In this document: positions 1 to 12,109 of the stretch, piece by piece
Layout of the letters: each line of letters opens with the position of its first letter
Position numbering within the stretch: position 1 is the first letter of the stretch
DNA from: Chiloscyllium plagiosum
Taxonomy: Eukaryota
Direction of reading: 5' to 3'
Assembly (NCBI RefSeq): GCF_004010195.1
Contig: NC_057719.1
Span: forward strand, 45,940,782 to 45,978,840
Length of the DNA: 38,059 nucleotides
The notes under the pieces: model-generated
The model's database searches: none
What the model was told of the DNA's origin: nothing
The model's input: only the letters and a program-made list of their open reading frames with translations
Program-made: the position numbers and the translations under genes

Positions 1-434
1 TTGTGTTGAGCCTTTCTCTCCTCAGAAAACTTTAACTCTTTCCAGTCAGTCTGTGTCTTGAGACTTAAACGCCACTCCCCTAAAGTTAGGCTGTGATATA
101 ATGCAGGATGCATTGTGTCTCTTATATTTTAAAAAAAGGTGCTTATTGAATGACTATTTGCAAAGTAGTATTTACTTTTATGTTTTTTCCACAGTCATAG
201 AAGTTCTGTTGAGGTCAGTGATCATCCTGCAACTGGTTAAATCTTGGTTGCTTGAAAGAAGCTATGGAGCCACCGTGGCGTTTGTTTGTCAAGCCCAACC
301 TTAGTGTTGGTCTCCCACTCGGTTTTAAAAAAAAACAGGCTTTATGATCCCCGTAGAGATGACAAATTCTGTTTTCAAAAAAAAAGCTTGAAATTCCAAT
401 GAATGAGTACAAGTGTCACACAGGACTTTGTATG

Positions 435-910
435 ATCTGAGAGCAAAAGTAGGCTATTCAGCCTTTTGAGTCTGCCTTGCTGTTCAGTAACATCATGGCT
501 GAACTGATTGTAACTTCAAACTTTCATTCCTGCCTAGCCTTTCATATCCTTGTTTAACAAGAATCAATTTGCCTCTGCCTCAAATATATTCCATGACTCT
601 TGTTACTGCTGCATTTTCAGAAGTTCCAAAGTCTTCAGCCCTCTGAGAGAAAACATTTGCTGTATCTGTTTTAAATGTGCAATTCCTGTTTTTTTTTTGT
701 ACAATGATCCCAAGTTCTAGATTCTCCCAAAAGGAGAGTCATCTTCTCTGCATCTATCTTGTCAAGACCCCTCAGATTCTTGTGTTTCAATTAGTCTAAA
801 CCCCAGCAGACAGAACCTGGCCTTTACAACCTTTTCTCATCTTGTGTCATCTGATTTGACAACCATACCTTCCATCTTTTCATCCAATTTAATTAAATAA
901 ATTGTAAACA
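435..910 (-). mobile_element. Old degraded CR1 LINE 3' portion
   Basis: Begins with a reverse-complemented CR1 tail (gtaggctattcagccttttgagtctgcc...catcatggctga) resembling copies at 8495, 14575 and 2517. Confidence 0.6.
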
Positions 911-1586
911 TTTTAAAATAGTAATGGAAAAGGATAGACCAGATCTAAAAGTTGCAGTTCTAAATTGGAGAAAGGCCAATTTTGATGGTATTATCAAGAA
1001 CTTTCAAAAGCTGATTGGACGCAGATGTTCACAGGTAAAGGGACGGCTGGAAAATGGGAAGCCTTCAGAGATGAGATAACGAGAGTCCAGAGAAAGTATA
1101 CTCCTGTTAGGGTGAAAGGAAAGGCCGGTAGGTATAGGGAATGCTGGATGACTAAAGAAATTGAGGGTTTGGTTAAGAAGAAGAAGAAGGAAGCGTTATG
1201 TCAGGTATAGACAGGCTAGATCAAACGAATCCTTAGAGTAGAAAGGCAGTAGGAGTATACTTAAGAGGGAAGTCAGGAGGACAAAAAGGGGACATGAGAT
1301 AGCTTTGGCAAATAGAACTAAGGAGAATCTAAAGGGTGTTTACAAATAGATTAAGGACCAAAGCAGGGAGAGAATAGGGCCCATCAAACATCAGCAATGC
1401 AGCCTTTTTGTGGAGCTGCAGGAGATAGGGGAGATACTAAACGACTATTTTGCATCAGTATTTACTGTGGATAAGGACATGGCAGATATAAAATGTAGGG
1501 AAATAGATGGTGACATCTTGAAAAATGTCCATATTACAGAGGAGGAAGTGTTGGATGTCTTGAAACGCATAAAAGTGGATAAATCC

Positions 1587-3001
1587 ACAGTGGAAGACAT
1601 GAGTAATATCCCAACAATTAAAGGGAGTCAGGGGGCTGAGTTGAGTATGGTGGCCATTACAAAAGAGAAAGTGCTAGAAAAGCTAAAAGGTCTTAAAATT
1701 GATAAATCTCCTGGCCCTGATGGATTACATCCTAGAGTTCTGAGGGAGGTGGCTGAGGAAATAGCAGAGGTGTTGGTTGAGATGTTTCAAAAGTCACTGG
1801 AGTCAGGGAAAGTCCCAGATGATTGGAAGATCATTGTTGTAACCCCCTTGTTCAAGAAAGGATCAAGACAAAAGATGGAAAATTATAAGCCAATTAGCCT
1901 AATCTCGGTTGTTGGTAAAATTCTAGAATCCATCATTAAGAATGAGGTTTNNNNNNNNNNNNNNNNNNNNNNNNNNNNNNNNNNNNNNNNNNNNNNNNNN
2001 NNNNNNNNNNNNNNNNNNNNNNNNNNNNNNNNNNNNNNNNNNNNNNNNNNNNNNNNNNNNNNNNNNNNNNNNNNNNNNNNNNNNNNNNNNNNNNNNNNNN
2101 NNNNNNNNNNNNNNNNNNNNNNNNNNNNNNNNNNNNNNNNNNNNNNNNNNNNNNNNNNNNNNNNNNNNNNNNNNNNNNNNNNNNNNNNNNNNNNNNNNNN
2201 NNNNNNNNNNNNNNNNNNNNNNNNNNNNNNNNNNNNNNNNNNNNNNNNNNNNNNNNNNNNNNNNNNNNNNNNNNNNNNNNNNNNNNNNNNNNNNNNNNNN
2301 NNNTTCTTAGAACAGCTGGTGCTGGAGCCTACCAGGGAGAAGGCAATTCTGGATCTGGTATTGTGCAACGAACCAGAATTGATCAGGGGCCTCGAAGTGA
2401 AGGAGCCATTGGGAAGTAGTGACCATAATACAATAAGCTTCAATCTGCAATTTGAGAGGGAGAGGGTACAAATGAAAGTGATAATATTTCTATTAAATAA
2501 AGGGAACTATGGAGCTATAAGATCATAAGGCATAGGAGCGGAAGTAAGGCCATTCAGCCCATCGAGTCCACTCTGCCATTCAATCATGGCTGATGGGCAT
2601 TTCAACGCCACTTACCCGCACTCTCCCCATATCCCTTAATTCCTTGAGAGATGGCTTGGAGAGGGTGGACGCTAGGAAATTTTTCTGTTAGGCGAGGAGA
2701 CTAGGACCCGTGGACACAGCTTTAGAATTAGAGGGGGTAAATTCAGAATAGAAATGCGGAGACATTTCTTCAGCCAGAGAGTGGTGGGTCTGTGGAATTC
2801 ATTGCCACAGAGTGCAGTGGAGGCTGGGACGCTAAATGTCTTCAAGGCAGAAATTGATAAATTCTTGATGTCACAAGGAATTAAGGGCTACGGGGAAAAT
2901 GCGGGTAAGTAGAGTTGAAATGCCCATCAGCCGTGATTGAATGGCGGAGTGGACTCGATGGGCCGAATGGCCTTACTTCCGCTCCTATGTCTTATGGTCT
3001 T
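1587..3001 (+). mobile_element. Nested CR1 fragments of a second subfamily (RT N-terminal part, endonuclease C-terminal part, inverted tail, 3' end)
   Basis: KSPGPDGLHPRVL...PLFKKG before the gap; PTREKAILDLVL...LGSSDHN after it; tail ctatgtcttatggtcttat; flanking atcc at 1583-1586 and 3002-3005. Confidence 0.85.
1951..2303. other. Assembly gap (353 N)
   Basis: Run of N. Confidence 1.
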
Positions 3002-4859
3002 ATCCCCAGGACCTGATCAGGTGTACCCGAGAACTTTGTGGGAAGCTAGGGAAGTGATTGCTGGACCTCTTGCTGAGATATTTGTATCATCTATAGTCAC
3101 AGGTGAAGTGCCGGAAGACTGGAGGTTGGCTAACATGGTGCCACTGTTTAAGAAGGGTGGTAAGGACAAGCCAGGGACAAATAGACCAGTGAGCCTGATG
3201 TCGGTGGTGGGCACATTGTTGGAGGGAATCCCTAGGGACAGGATGTACATGTATTTGGAAAGGCAAGGATTGATTAGAGGTGGTCAACATGGCTTTGTGC
3301 ATGGGAAATCATGTCTCGTAAACTTGATTGAGTTTTTTGAAGAAGTAATAGAGTATTGATGAGGGCAGAGCGGTGGACATAATCCATATGGACTTCAGTA
3401 AGGCATTCGACAAGGTTCCCCATGGAACACTAGTTAACAAGATTAGATCTCATGGAGTACAGGGAGAACTAGAACTAGCCATTTGGATACAGAACTGGCT
3501 CAAAGGTAGAAGACAGAGGATGGTGGTGGAGGGTTGTTTTTCAGACTGGAGGCCTGTGACCAGTAGAGTGGCACGAGGATCGGTGCTGGGTCCACTACTT
3601 TTCATCCATAATATAAATGATTTGGATGTGAGCGTAAGAGTTATAGTTAGTAAGTTCGCAAATGACACCAAAATAGGAGGTGTAGTGGACAGCGAAGGTT
3701 ATCTCAGATTACAGTGTGATCTTGACCAGATGGGCCATTGGGCTGAGAAGTGTCAGATGGAGTTTAATTCAGATAAATGCGAGGTGCTGCATTTTGGGAA
3801 AGCAAATCTTAGCAGGACTTATACACTAAATGGTAAGGTCCTAGGGAGTGTTGCTGAACAAAGAGGCCTTGGAGTGCAGGTTCATCGCTCCTTGAAAGTG
3901 GAGTCGCAGGTAGATAGGATTGTGAAGAAGGCGATTAGTATGCTTTCCTTTATTGGTCAGAGTATTGAGTACAGGAGTTGGGAGGTCATGTTGCAGCTGT
4001 ACGGGACATTGGTTAGACCACTGTTGGAAAGATGTTGTGAAACGTGAAAGGGTTCAGAAAAGATTTACAAGGATGTTGCCAGAGTTGGAGGATTTGAGCT
4101 ATAGGGAGAGGTTGAATAGGTTAGGGTTGTTGTTTCCCTGGAGCGACAGAGGCTGAGAGGTGACCTTATAGAGGTTTACACAATCATGAGGGGTATGGAT
4201 AGGCTAAATAGACAAAGTCTTTTCCCTGGGGTGGGGGAGTCCAGAACTAGAGGGCATAGGTTTAGGGTGAGAGGAGAAAGATATAAAAGAGACCTAAGGG
4301 GCCACTTTTTCACGCAGAGGGTGGCACGTGTATGGAATGAGCTGCCAGAGGCAATGGTGGAGGCTAGTACAATTGCAACGTTCAAAAGGCATTTGGATGG
4401 GTATATGAATAAGAGGGGTTTGGAGGGATACGGTCTGGGTGCTGGCAGGTTGGGACTCGTTTGGGTTGGGATATCTAGTCGACATGGGCAAGTTGGACCA
4501 AAGTGTCTGTTTCCATGCTGTACATCTCTGACTGTAATTGAGATCACAGTACTACTTGTTGTGACACACCACTGCTTACAGACAGTCCCCCAAGTTGCGT
4601 ATGGGTTCTGGTCTGGAGTCCATTTGCAGTTTGATTTGTTTGCAAGTCAGAAAACCATATAAAGAAGTAGTTTCTAAGTACAGGAAATGTTCGCATGTCG
4701 GGTACTCAAATTTATATCCCTGTATAAGGTCACATTCGTATGTGTGAACATTCATTTGTCAGATCCTTTTAAATCGGGACCTTTTGTAAATCTTGCTGAC
4801 CTCAAAAAGACTTCCTGTTCGTTAGCTAATCATTCATTTGTGCAAATATGCTGTCTCCC

Positions 4860-5130
4860 ACAACATGAGTTTTTATTTTCCCTAGTAAGCTTTGATGTGC
4901 TACTTTATCAAAAGCCTTTTGGAATCTTAAGTACAATACAGCCACTGGTTCACCTTTATCCACAGCTTGGTTACCTCCTTAAAGAACTCCAATAGACTGA
5001 CCAAACTTCATATTTCTTTCACAAACTATGTTCACACTGACTCAACTTATTTAAGTGCCCTACTATAACTTTCATAGCAGCTTCAAACAAATCTCCTATT
5101 ATAAATTTTAAGCATTTAGCTTGCATTTTA
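4860..5130 (-). mobile_element. Degraded CR1 RT fragment
   Basis: ctttatcaaaagccttttggaatc is the reverse complement of D-F/S-.-K-A-F-D-K coding sequence; aaagaactcc corresponds to EFF; possibly the continuation of 435-910. Confidence 0.55.
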
Positions 5131-5879
5131 ATGCTTTATCTCTTTTTCAATGAGGTTATTATGTTAGCTTTAAAATTTATTCTAAGAACCTAAGAGCAAT
5201 GCTATTTTTGTGGGCTGCTTATATTCTAATCAACTGAAAATAAATTCTTTTAATTTTTAGTAAGTCTTAATTTCTCCCTCTGATTATCTGCTGGTGTCCT
5301 ATAGTGGACATTTCATTCGCCTGGAGCCATCCAAAGTTGTTCTCCGCTCCTGATAGCTTGCTTCCTTTTCCTTTCCAAGCCAGATAACTTCTCATCCTAG
5401 AGCTGACTTTCACTGTGGGACTTAAAAATGGGGATTCCTGCACTCTAGCTCAAGTTAGGTGAGTTTTCCAGCCTCCTTTTAAATTGTCTGGAGCTCAGTC
5501 TCTCCATTCGGAATGTGGACTCCAGTTTGCATGATGAACAATAGAGTATTTTCTCTATTTCAGGTTCAGTACTAGCTAGCTTTGTCTCATCCTTTCTGTC
5601 TGTCAGATGTTTAAGGTACTGACTTGATTCTGACAGTTTCAGGGCTATCTAAGAAAACTTGCAACCCGATTCTTCAATCACTTTCTACTAATATTTCCTT
5701 TCCCAAAGATCCATCCCGATGGCAGTACATATCATGGGCCTTGTGTCCAGGTAGAAATATGGATCAGCTATTTTCTAAATTGTCATTGAGCAAAAGCACA
5801 TTTTGTCAAATACTTTTGCACTCTTGCACTCATTAAGACATTTTGCAAGAATACCAATTCAGGAGAAAATCAATGTTTA

Positions 5880-7900
5880 TACTGCATGAAAGGGGAATGG
5901 CATTGCCAAGTAGCATGCATCTGTTAACATTGACTTGATTTTAAACTAAGCAGGTAGACTCTGATTAGGCAGGGCATTGTCTTGAGAAGGTAACCAGCAG
6001 ATGGCTGTCAACTATTTTGTTCAATTGGAACAGGCACAGGGCTTGTATATGTTCTTTCTGTCTGCTAAGAGCAGGATCCTATAGCTTCCAGATCACACAA
6101 ATATGGCTTGCTGCAAGCTTGAATGATTATCTTCAATTGATTGTCAGCATATGTCCTTGCACATTCATGATTATCCATTAGACGTTATTCAATTGCCGAA
6201 TCGCACCTAATGTTTTGAATATTGCTAGTATGAGCTGGTTGGATGCATCGGTAGCCACTCATTATGAACAGCTAAAAGGCTTCCTATTTGATGTGATCTG
6301 CCAATCTTTGGGGTGTATGGCCTACGTGCCATCACGTTGGCACTGAAATTTATATTCCACGTGACAATGTTTATGAGAGGCAGAATATCTATTTGACTGG
6401 ACTGCAGCATCCAGATAGTGGCAACCACCACTTGTAATGCTGCTGCAGAGTACTGGTGTAAAACAGCTAGTGTCATTTGTTGATCATACATTTGAAATAC
6501 CTTACTCTTCTAGGATAATCTGATGTAGACTTCTCAGAACCAAAAGTGACCACATTAAGGCCTTCCACAAGTTTGTGCAATATAAAATGAGAAGTGATGT
6601 AACCAGGATAGCTATTATACCACAGTATGATTTTGATGTGCCCCATTTCAGAATCAAGTTTGTACAATGGAAAAATTGGCTTGGGCCCTATTTATGAGGC
6701 TATCCAAAAGACCAATTTTATAGCATATGAAACTCGGAATCTGAACTTGTGTACTGACCAATGATGCTAGTTTTGTTGTAACAATCAACCTGATTGATTT
6801 CTCAGTGAATATATTGAAGAAAGGGAACTGATTTGACTGTTTCACTTCAAATGTGAATTTGAGCACAGGCTGAGGCCCATTAAAACATGTCAGAAATTCT
6901 TTTAAGCAGCTGTGGATTTAAGGATGGCAAACATTATCATCAACATATTGGAAATATTCAAGGGGTAGCAGGCTCATGGTTATTCTATTAAAGACCCATT
7001 TCTCGTGGAACTCAAAAGATATTTGAGAGCATTGTGTATAGTAGAGATCCCATGGTAACACCATCTATGTTGTAGAAGTTGAATGCAGCTGAACAGGTTG
7101 CTGAGTTCACAAGTTGTACAAATATTGATTCATGTAATGGTGACAGGTCTAGATTGTCATGATACAGTACTGCAGCCCAGATGGTGATGGCTTCTTTGAG
7201 CACATGGGGACTGCATTGCTATTCATATGTAAGTCCTCTGATCCTTTTAACTGTGAAGGAATCTTGCATTGTATGAATCTGTAGTTTGCTGTTTGTCTAA
7301 ACCTGGTCTTGACTCCTATTCAATAAAAAGCACACCACTTAGTCCACTCACCAAGGCACAGGATCAACACATTAGTAAATAATGACGCATTCATTTGTAA
7401 GCTGCAACACAGGAAATGCACGAGTACAACTGTGCCAGCATCAGTATTATTAGATTAGATTAGATTAGATTAGATTAGATTACTTACAGTGTGGAAACAG
7501 GCCCTTCGGCCCAACAAGTCCACACCGACCCGCCGAAGCGTAACCCACCCATACCCCTACATTTACCCCTTACCTAACACTATGGGCAATTTAGCATGGC
7601 CAATTCACCTGACCTGCACATCTTTGTGACTGTGGGAAGAAACCGGAGCACCCGGAGGAAACCCACGCAGACACTGGGAGAACGTGCAAACTCCACACAG
7701 TCAGTCGCCTGAGGCGGGAACTGAACCCAGGTCTTTGGCGCTGTGAGGCAGCAGTGCTAACCACTGTGCCACTGTGCCGCCCCATGATTAACATGATTTT
7801 TTTTAAAAATGGGAGTGTGACAAGGTCATCCACACAGTGTTGCCCATATCTTAACTTGCGTACTGTTCTGTTCACCAATCACTTCTATGCTTATTGACTT
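5880..7900 (-). mobile_element. Degraded Penelope-like retroelement (RT + GIY-YIG relic), interrupted by a SINE
   Basis: Minus-strand motifs DGVTMGSLL..MLSNIF (~7020-7065), FQYVDD (YVDD 6936-6947), LKFTFEVKQSNQFPFFNI and YKFQCQ (~6340-6357) in PLE order; boundaries approximate. Confidence 0.78.
7450..7783 (-). mobile_element. Full-length tRNA-derived V-SINE (HE1-like)
   Basis: Minus strand: A box TGGCACAGTGG, B box GGTTCAGTTCC, V domain TGTGTGGAGTTTGCACGTTCTCCC.GTGTCTGCGTGGGTTTCCTCCGGGTGCTCCGG, CR1-like 3' end GGGCCGAAGGGCCTGTTTCC, (TCTAA)n tail. Confidence 0.92.
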
Positions 7901-8494
7901 ACTTTGGGTCCTGGACCAACAATGTTTTAATTTTTAAAATTCTTATTTCTGTTTTCATATTCCTCTGGTGTCTTGCAGCTCCTCTAACCTTCTACCTAAA
8001 CTTCTTCAACTCTCTGCTTTCCTTTTAAGATACCCTTAAAATTGGCCTCATTCTTTGTGAATTAATTTCAAAGCTGGTTTTCTCGTTCCTCTGTGAAATT
8101 CCTTTGGCTGTTATAATATATTAAAGACATTATCCAAATGCAAGTTGTTATTGTGATTTGGAGACCGGTTTATCAAACCTTAATACCTGAGCTGCTGACT
8201 GAAATCTTAATCTTTAGAGAAATCTCCCTATTCAGAATTTGAGCACTTAATGCAGGTCTCATCAGTGAAAGGTAGTTAGAGATTGCTGAGCCCTTTTTGA
8301 AATTCCTCTATTCATTGCTTTAACTCACCGGCATTTGGTGGTTGATTATTTTTAAAAGCGTGGCAGAGATTGATAAATGACAATTTGATAGGAATACAAT
8401 TTCAATTCAAGAAAACATGTACTGGCCTCTATTGTTCTGATTGGCAAAGTATTGTAATTTATAACTTCATTGGACCATACACCTGAAGATCAGG

Positions 8495-10490
8495 TGCAGG
8501 CCATTCAAGTCTGCTTCACTATTCAATGAGATCATGACTTATCTGATAAATCCCTATTTCACTTTCCTGTCTTTGCTTTGTAATCCTTGATTCTTTTACT
8601 GATGAAAATTCTGTCTGTCTCAGCCTTGAATAATGCAACGATCCAGGCTCTACAGTCCTCTGCACAGAATTTCACAAATTTACTACCGTCTGAGAGAAGA
8701 AATCCTTCCTCATCTTTATCTTAAAAGAGCAACTCCTTACTCTGAGATTATGCCCTCTGGTTCTCAACCATACCGCATGGGGAAACAATGTTTCTGCTGA
8801 TCTTTTTGTTTCAATAAGCTGCCTACCTTCTCTCCCCCCTAAAAAAATAAAAAACAACGTGCAGGCATAGTCTGTTTAATCATTCCATACCTGGGATCAG
8901 TCTGGTTATCCTTCTCTGGACTGCCTTCAATGTTAGTGCACCTTTCCTTGGGCAACAGGACTAAACCTGTTCACAGTATTCTAATTGCCTTCTATAGTTT
9001 CAGCAAGGCCTCCCTATTTTATACTCTCTTCCATTTGAAATAAAGGCCAACATTCCATTTGAATTCCCCTATTACACATTGAGCTTCTTTGCTCGCTTTT
9101 TTTTTGGTATTTATGCACAAGGACACAAATCTCTTCATGCTACAGCTTTCTGCAGTTTTTATCCTTTGAAATCATATTCAGCTCTTCTCAGCCTGCCAAA
9201 GTGTATAACCTCACATTTTCCACATTATGTTCAATCTGCCATGATGTTGTCTGCTCACTTAAGTTGTCTATGTCCCTCTGTATGCATTTTGTGATCTTTG
9301 TTACTTCCTACATATTTTTATGTCATCGCAAACTTAGTTATATTATGTTCACTTTTCTCATCCAAGTCATTAATGTATACAATAAGTCGCTATGACAGTC
9401 CACTAGTTACAGAGTCATAGAGATGTACAGCACAGAAAAGACCCTTCAGTCCAACCTGTTCATGCTGACCAGATATCCCAACCCAATCTTGTCCCACCAG
9501 CCAACACCCGGCTCATATTCCTCCAAAACCTTCCTATTGATATACCCATCCAGATGCCTTTTAAATGTTGCAATTATACTAGCCTCTATCACCTCCTCAT
9601 TCCATACACGTACCACCCTCTGCGTGAAAGTGTTGCCCCTTAGGTCTCTTTTATATCTTTCTCCTCTCACCTTAAACCTATGCCTCCTAGCTCGGGATTC
9701 CCCCATCCCAGGGAAGAGACTTTGTCTACTTCCCCTATCATGATGTTATAAACCTCTATAAGGTCACCACTCAGCCTCCAACGCTCCAGGGAAAGCAGCC
9801 CTACCGTATTCAACCTCTCCCTATAGTTCAAATCCTCCAACCCTGGCAGCATTTTTGTAAATCTTTTCTGCACCCTTTTAAGTTTCACAACAGATTTGCA
9901 AGCAATATTCCAAAAGTGGCCTAACCAATATCCTGTACAGCTGCAATATGACCTCCCCAACTTCTGTACTCAATACTCTGACCAATAAAGGAAAGTATAT
10001 CAAACGCCACCTTCACTTACAGGTTACTATCTTGAAACTGCCCTCCTGATTGCAACTCTGCCTTTTATTAGTTAGCTAATCCTCTATCCATTCTAATATA
10101 CTGCCTACAACACCATAAGTCTTACTTTACTTTAATGTGCAGTCTTTATCAAAAACATTATAAAAATCCACATATATTCACTGCTTCCCCTTTATCTATA
10201 CTGCTTGTTACTATCTCAAAGAATTCTAGTAAGTGTGTCAGGCATGATTTCCCCTTTGTGAAGCCATGCCTTTTCTGCTTGATCATATTATCTACTTTAA
10301 ATGATCTGTTGTTTCCTTTCAATAGATTCAACTAACAGATGTTAAACTAACCGGCCAATATAGTTACCTTTATTTTGCTTCCTTTTTTCAATAAACATGT
10401 TAGATTTGCAGTTTTCCAATCCTCTGGGAGTTTTCCAGAATCTGAAGTTTCTTGAAAGATTACTAACTGTATATCTGCTATCTCTAGCTT
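8495..10490 (-). mobile_element. Old CR1 LINE relic hosting a younger CR1
   Basis: RTRGHNLRVR...FFSQTVVNL on minus strand; catgatttcccctttgtgaagccatgc is the reverse complement of HGFTKGKSC. Confidence 0.78.
9413..10016 (-). mobile_element. 5'-truncated CR1/HER1 LINE with 6-bp TSD
   Basis: RVQKRFTKMLPGL, RHRFKVRGERYKRDLRG..FTQRVVRVWN; ttacag at 9407-9412 and 10017-10022; same family as 914-4533. Confidence 0.9.
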
Positions 10491-10919
10491 TTCTTTTAAT
10501 CCTTAATTTTGCGTGCACCCCATGGCCTTAGTTTCCCCAGCGCTTTTTCTCTAGTTATTGTATTGCCTTACCTCCTTTAATAGTTCAGTAACTTTGGAAT
10601 GCTGTTTGTGTTTTCTATTGTGCAAAGTTTTTATTCAATTTCTCTGCCTTTTCCTTGTTCTCCATTATTATTGTCTCAAAATTTATCTTTTCTCTCTATT
10701 CTGTGTTTGGTCATCTTTTGGTTTTTATAACTTTCCCAATCATCTACCTTATCACTAATCTTTGCCACATGGAAAGAAAAAAGTACGCAGTTGATGTTAT
10801 CCTTAACTTCACTGGTATTAACATAAAAATCATTATTTCCGGCTTCATGTTATTTGCAATTTGTTTGATAGGATGTTGCAGATCACAGAATCTAAATAGT
10901 AAATATTTTTCTTTGGTAG

Positions 10920-11017
10920 CTTCCTATTCTTGAGGAAAATGGAATAACTCACATAATATGTGTACGGCAGGATATCGAGGCAAATTTCATCAAGGCAAAT
11001 TTCCAAGAGAAATTTAG
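10920..11017 (+). CDS. STYX: STYX coding exon (first exon seen in window, 98 nt)
   Basis: tttttctttggtag|CTT...TTTAG|gtaaat; translates LPILEENGITHIICVRQDIEANFIKANFQEKF(R), matching recalled vertebrate STYX LPVLQKHGITHIICIRQNIEANFIKPNFQQLFR. Confidence 0.96.
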
Positions 11018-11299
11018 GTAAATATTTGAAATTATATAGTAGTAAATATCCTCTTAAAAGTGTTTTTACTATATAGTCATCTTTATTAGGATCAAGCAAA
11101 ATTCTTGACTGTGCCATTGAGCATCAGAAACAATTGTAACAGCGATTGTAAACTTGACAATTCTCTCTACCTTTTTCCTAACCTCAGGAGAGTGATCTGA
11201 AAGAGGAAAGGAAAGATGGTTAGGTCACTTCTACCATATTGGTTCTTCTAAACAAGCCAGCTAAGAAATGTCTAGACTTGTTTACCCATGGGATCTAGA

Positions 11300-11600
11300 T
11301 TTTGTTAACAAGGCCAGCATTTGTTCAACATCCTTAATTACCTTTGAACTGTGTGGCTTGCTAGGATATTTCAAAGGGCAGTTAAGAGGCAAACATATTG
11401 ATGTGGGTCTGTTGCATTAAGGTCGACAGATTTCCTTCCCTAAATTGCATTAATGAATCAAATGGGGTTTTATAACAATGATAGTTTGTATTGAGTCACC
11501 ATTACTGAGGCTAGCTTTATATTACAGATGCATTATTTGAATTTCAGTTTCACCAACTGTTAGCTTGGGCCTCATAATACTCTAATAACATCGTCGCTTT
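11300..11600 (-). mobile_element. Degraded SINE (SacSINE1/DeuSINE-like)
   Basis: Similar to the adjacent copy (gatttccttccctaa..cattaatgaa; tttgaatttcagtttcacca); L2-like tail ggccagcatt. Confidence 0.6.
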
Positions 11601-11607
11601 CTGAAAA

Positions 11608-11930
11608 TTCATTTATGGGATGAGGATGCCACTGGCTAGGCTAGCACGTATTGCCCATTTGCCGTTGTGCAGAAGTAGAAAAGAGTCAAATCCAGGCCAG
11701 ACCAAGTAAGGATGGCAGTTTCCTTTCCTAAAGGACATTAGTGAGCCAGATAAGATTTTTTTTCCCAATAATTGGCAGTGACTTATTGGGCATCATTAAG
11801 ATTCTTAATTAAACTATTTTTTATTGAATTCAAATTCCATCATCTGCTGTGGTAGGGTTTGAGCCTCTGTCCCTAGAGAATTACCTGTGTCTCTGGATTA
11901 ACAACTCTGCAGTAATACCACTAGGCCGTA
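11608..11930 (-). mobile_element. tRNA-derived SINE (SacSINE1/DeuSINE-like)
   Basis: Minus head GGCCTAGTGGTATT (A box) ... GGCTCAAACCC (B box) ... GGAATTTGAATTCAATAAAA; 3' tail shared with the L2-like ends at 23575-23640 and 26770-26810. Confidence 0.7.
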
Positions 11931-12048
11931 AAAGGTGGTTGCGCCACCATCATCCCTCTGGACTATCTTATGCTCTCGATTGTGGGATTTACAACGAGGA
12001 ACTTCACCAAAAAAAATTCTTCCGTTGATGTTTACCTTGTGCTTGCAG

Positions 12049-12109
12049 ATATTTAGTTTTGGATATTGCTGACAATCCAGTGGAGAATATTATACGATAT
12101 TTCCCTGTG
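12049..12109 (+). CDS. STYX: STYX coding exon (61 nt)
   Basis: cttgtgcttgcag|A TAT...GTG|gtaagt; (R)YLVLDIADNPVENIIRYFPV; phase joins the previous exon (AG+A). Confidence 0.97.

Larger units (their letters stand above)
914..4533 (+). mobile_element. CR1/HER1-type LINE ORF2 relic, interrupted at 1587-3001 by nested CR1 pieces
   Basis: ILNDYFASVFT, KS|PGPD, W..ANMVPLFKKG, QHGFVHGKSC, DFSKAFDKVPH, GSVLGPLLF, KFAND, TRGH..FFTQRV..WNELP; stops and frameshifts; tail gctgtacatctctgact. Confidence 0.93.

Noticed and set aside
101..412. Short ORFs here and similar 60-110 aa ORFs throughout the window
   Set aside because: No recognisable domains; most overlap repeats or are expected by chance
1410..2528. 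372-aa ORF as a functional gene
   Set aside because: It is a chimera of CR1 pieces read through 353 N; the ORFs at 1883-2443 and 1942-2310 are also gap artefacts
2937..4662. RT ORFs as an active retroelement, retron or bacterial defence RT
   Set aside because: The motifs are CR1 LINE type, with stops, frameshifts and FAND instead of FADD, in a spliced vertebrate gene context
7450..7482. CRISPR-like or telomeric array
   Set aside because: Simple (TTAGA)n SINE tail with no spacers; not TTAGGG
7700..7783. tRNA gene
   Set aside because: The A/B boxes continue into a V domain and LINE-derived tail, so this is a SINE head
1..10919. STYX 5' exons (EWTYPMRREMQ, EILPGLFLGPYSSAMKSK)
   Set aside because: No matching sequence found by eye; probably upstream of the window, though a miss is possible
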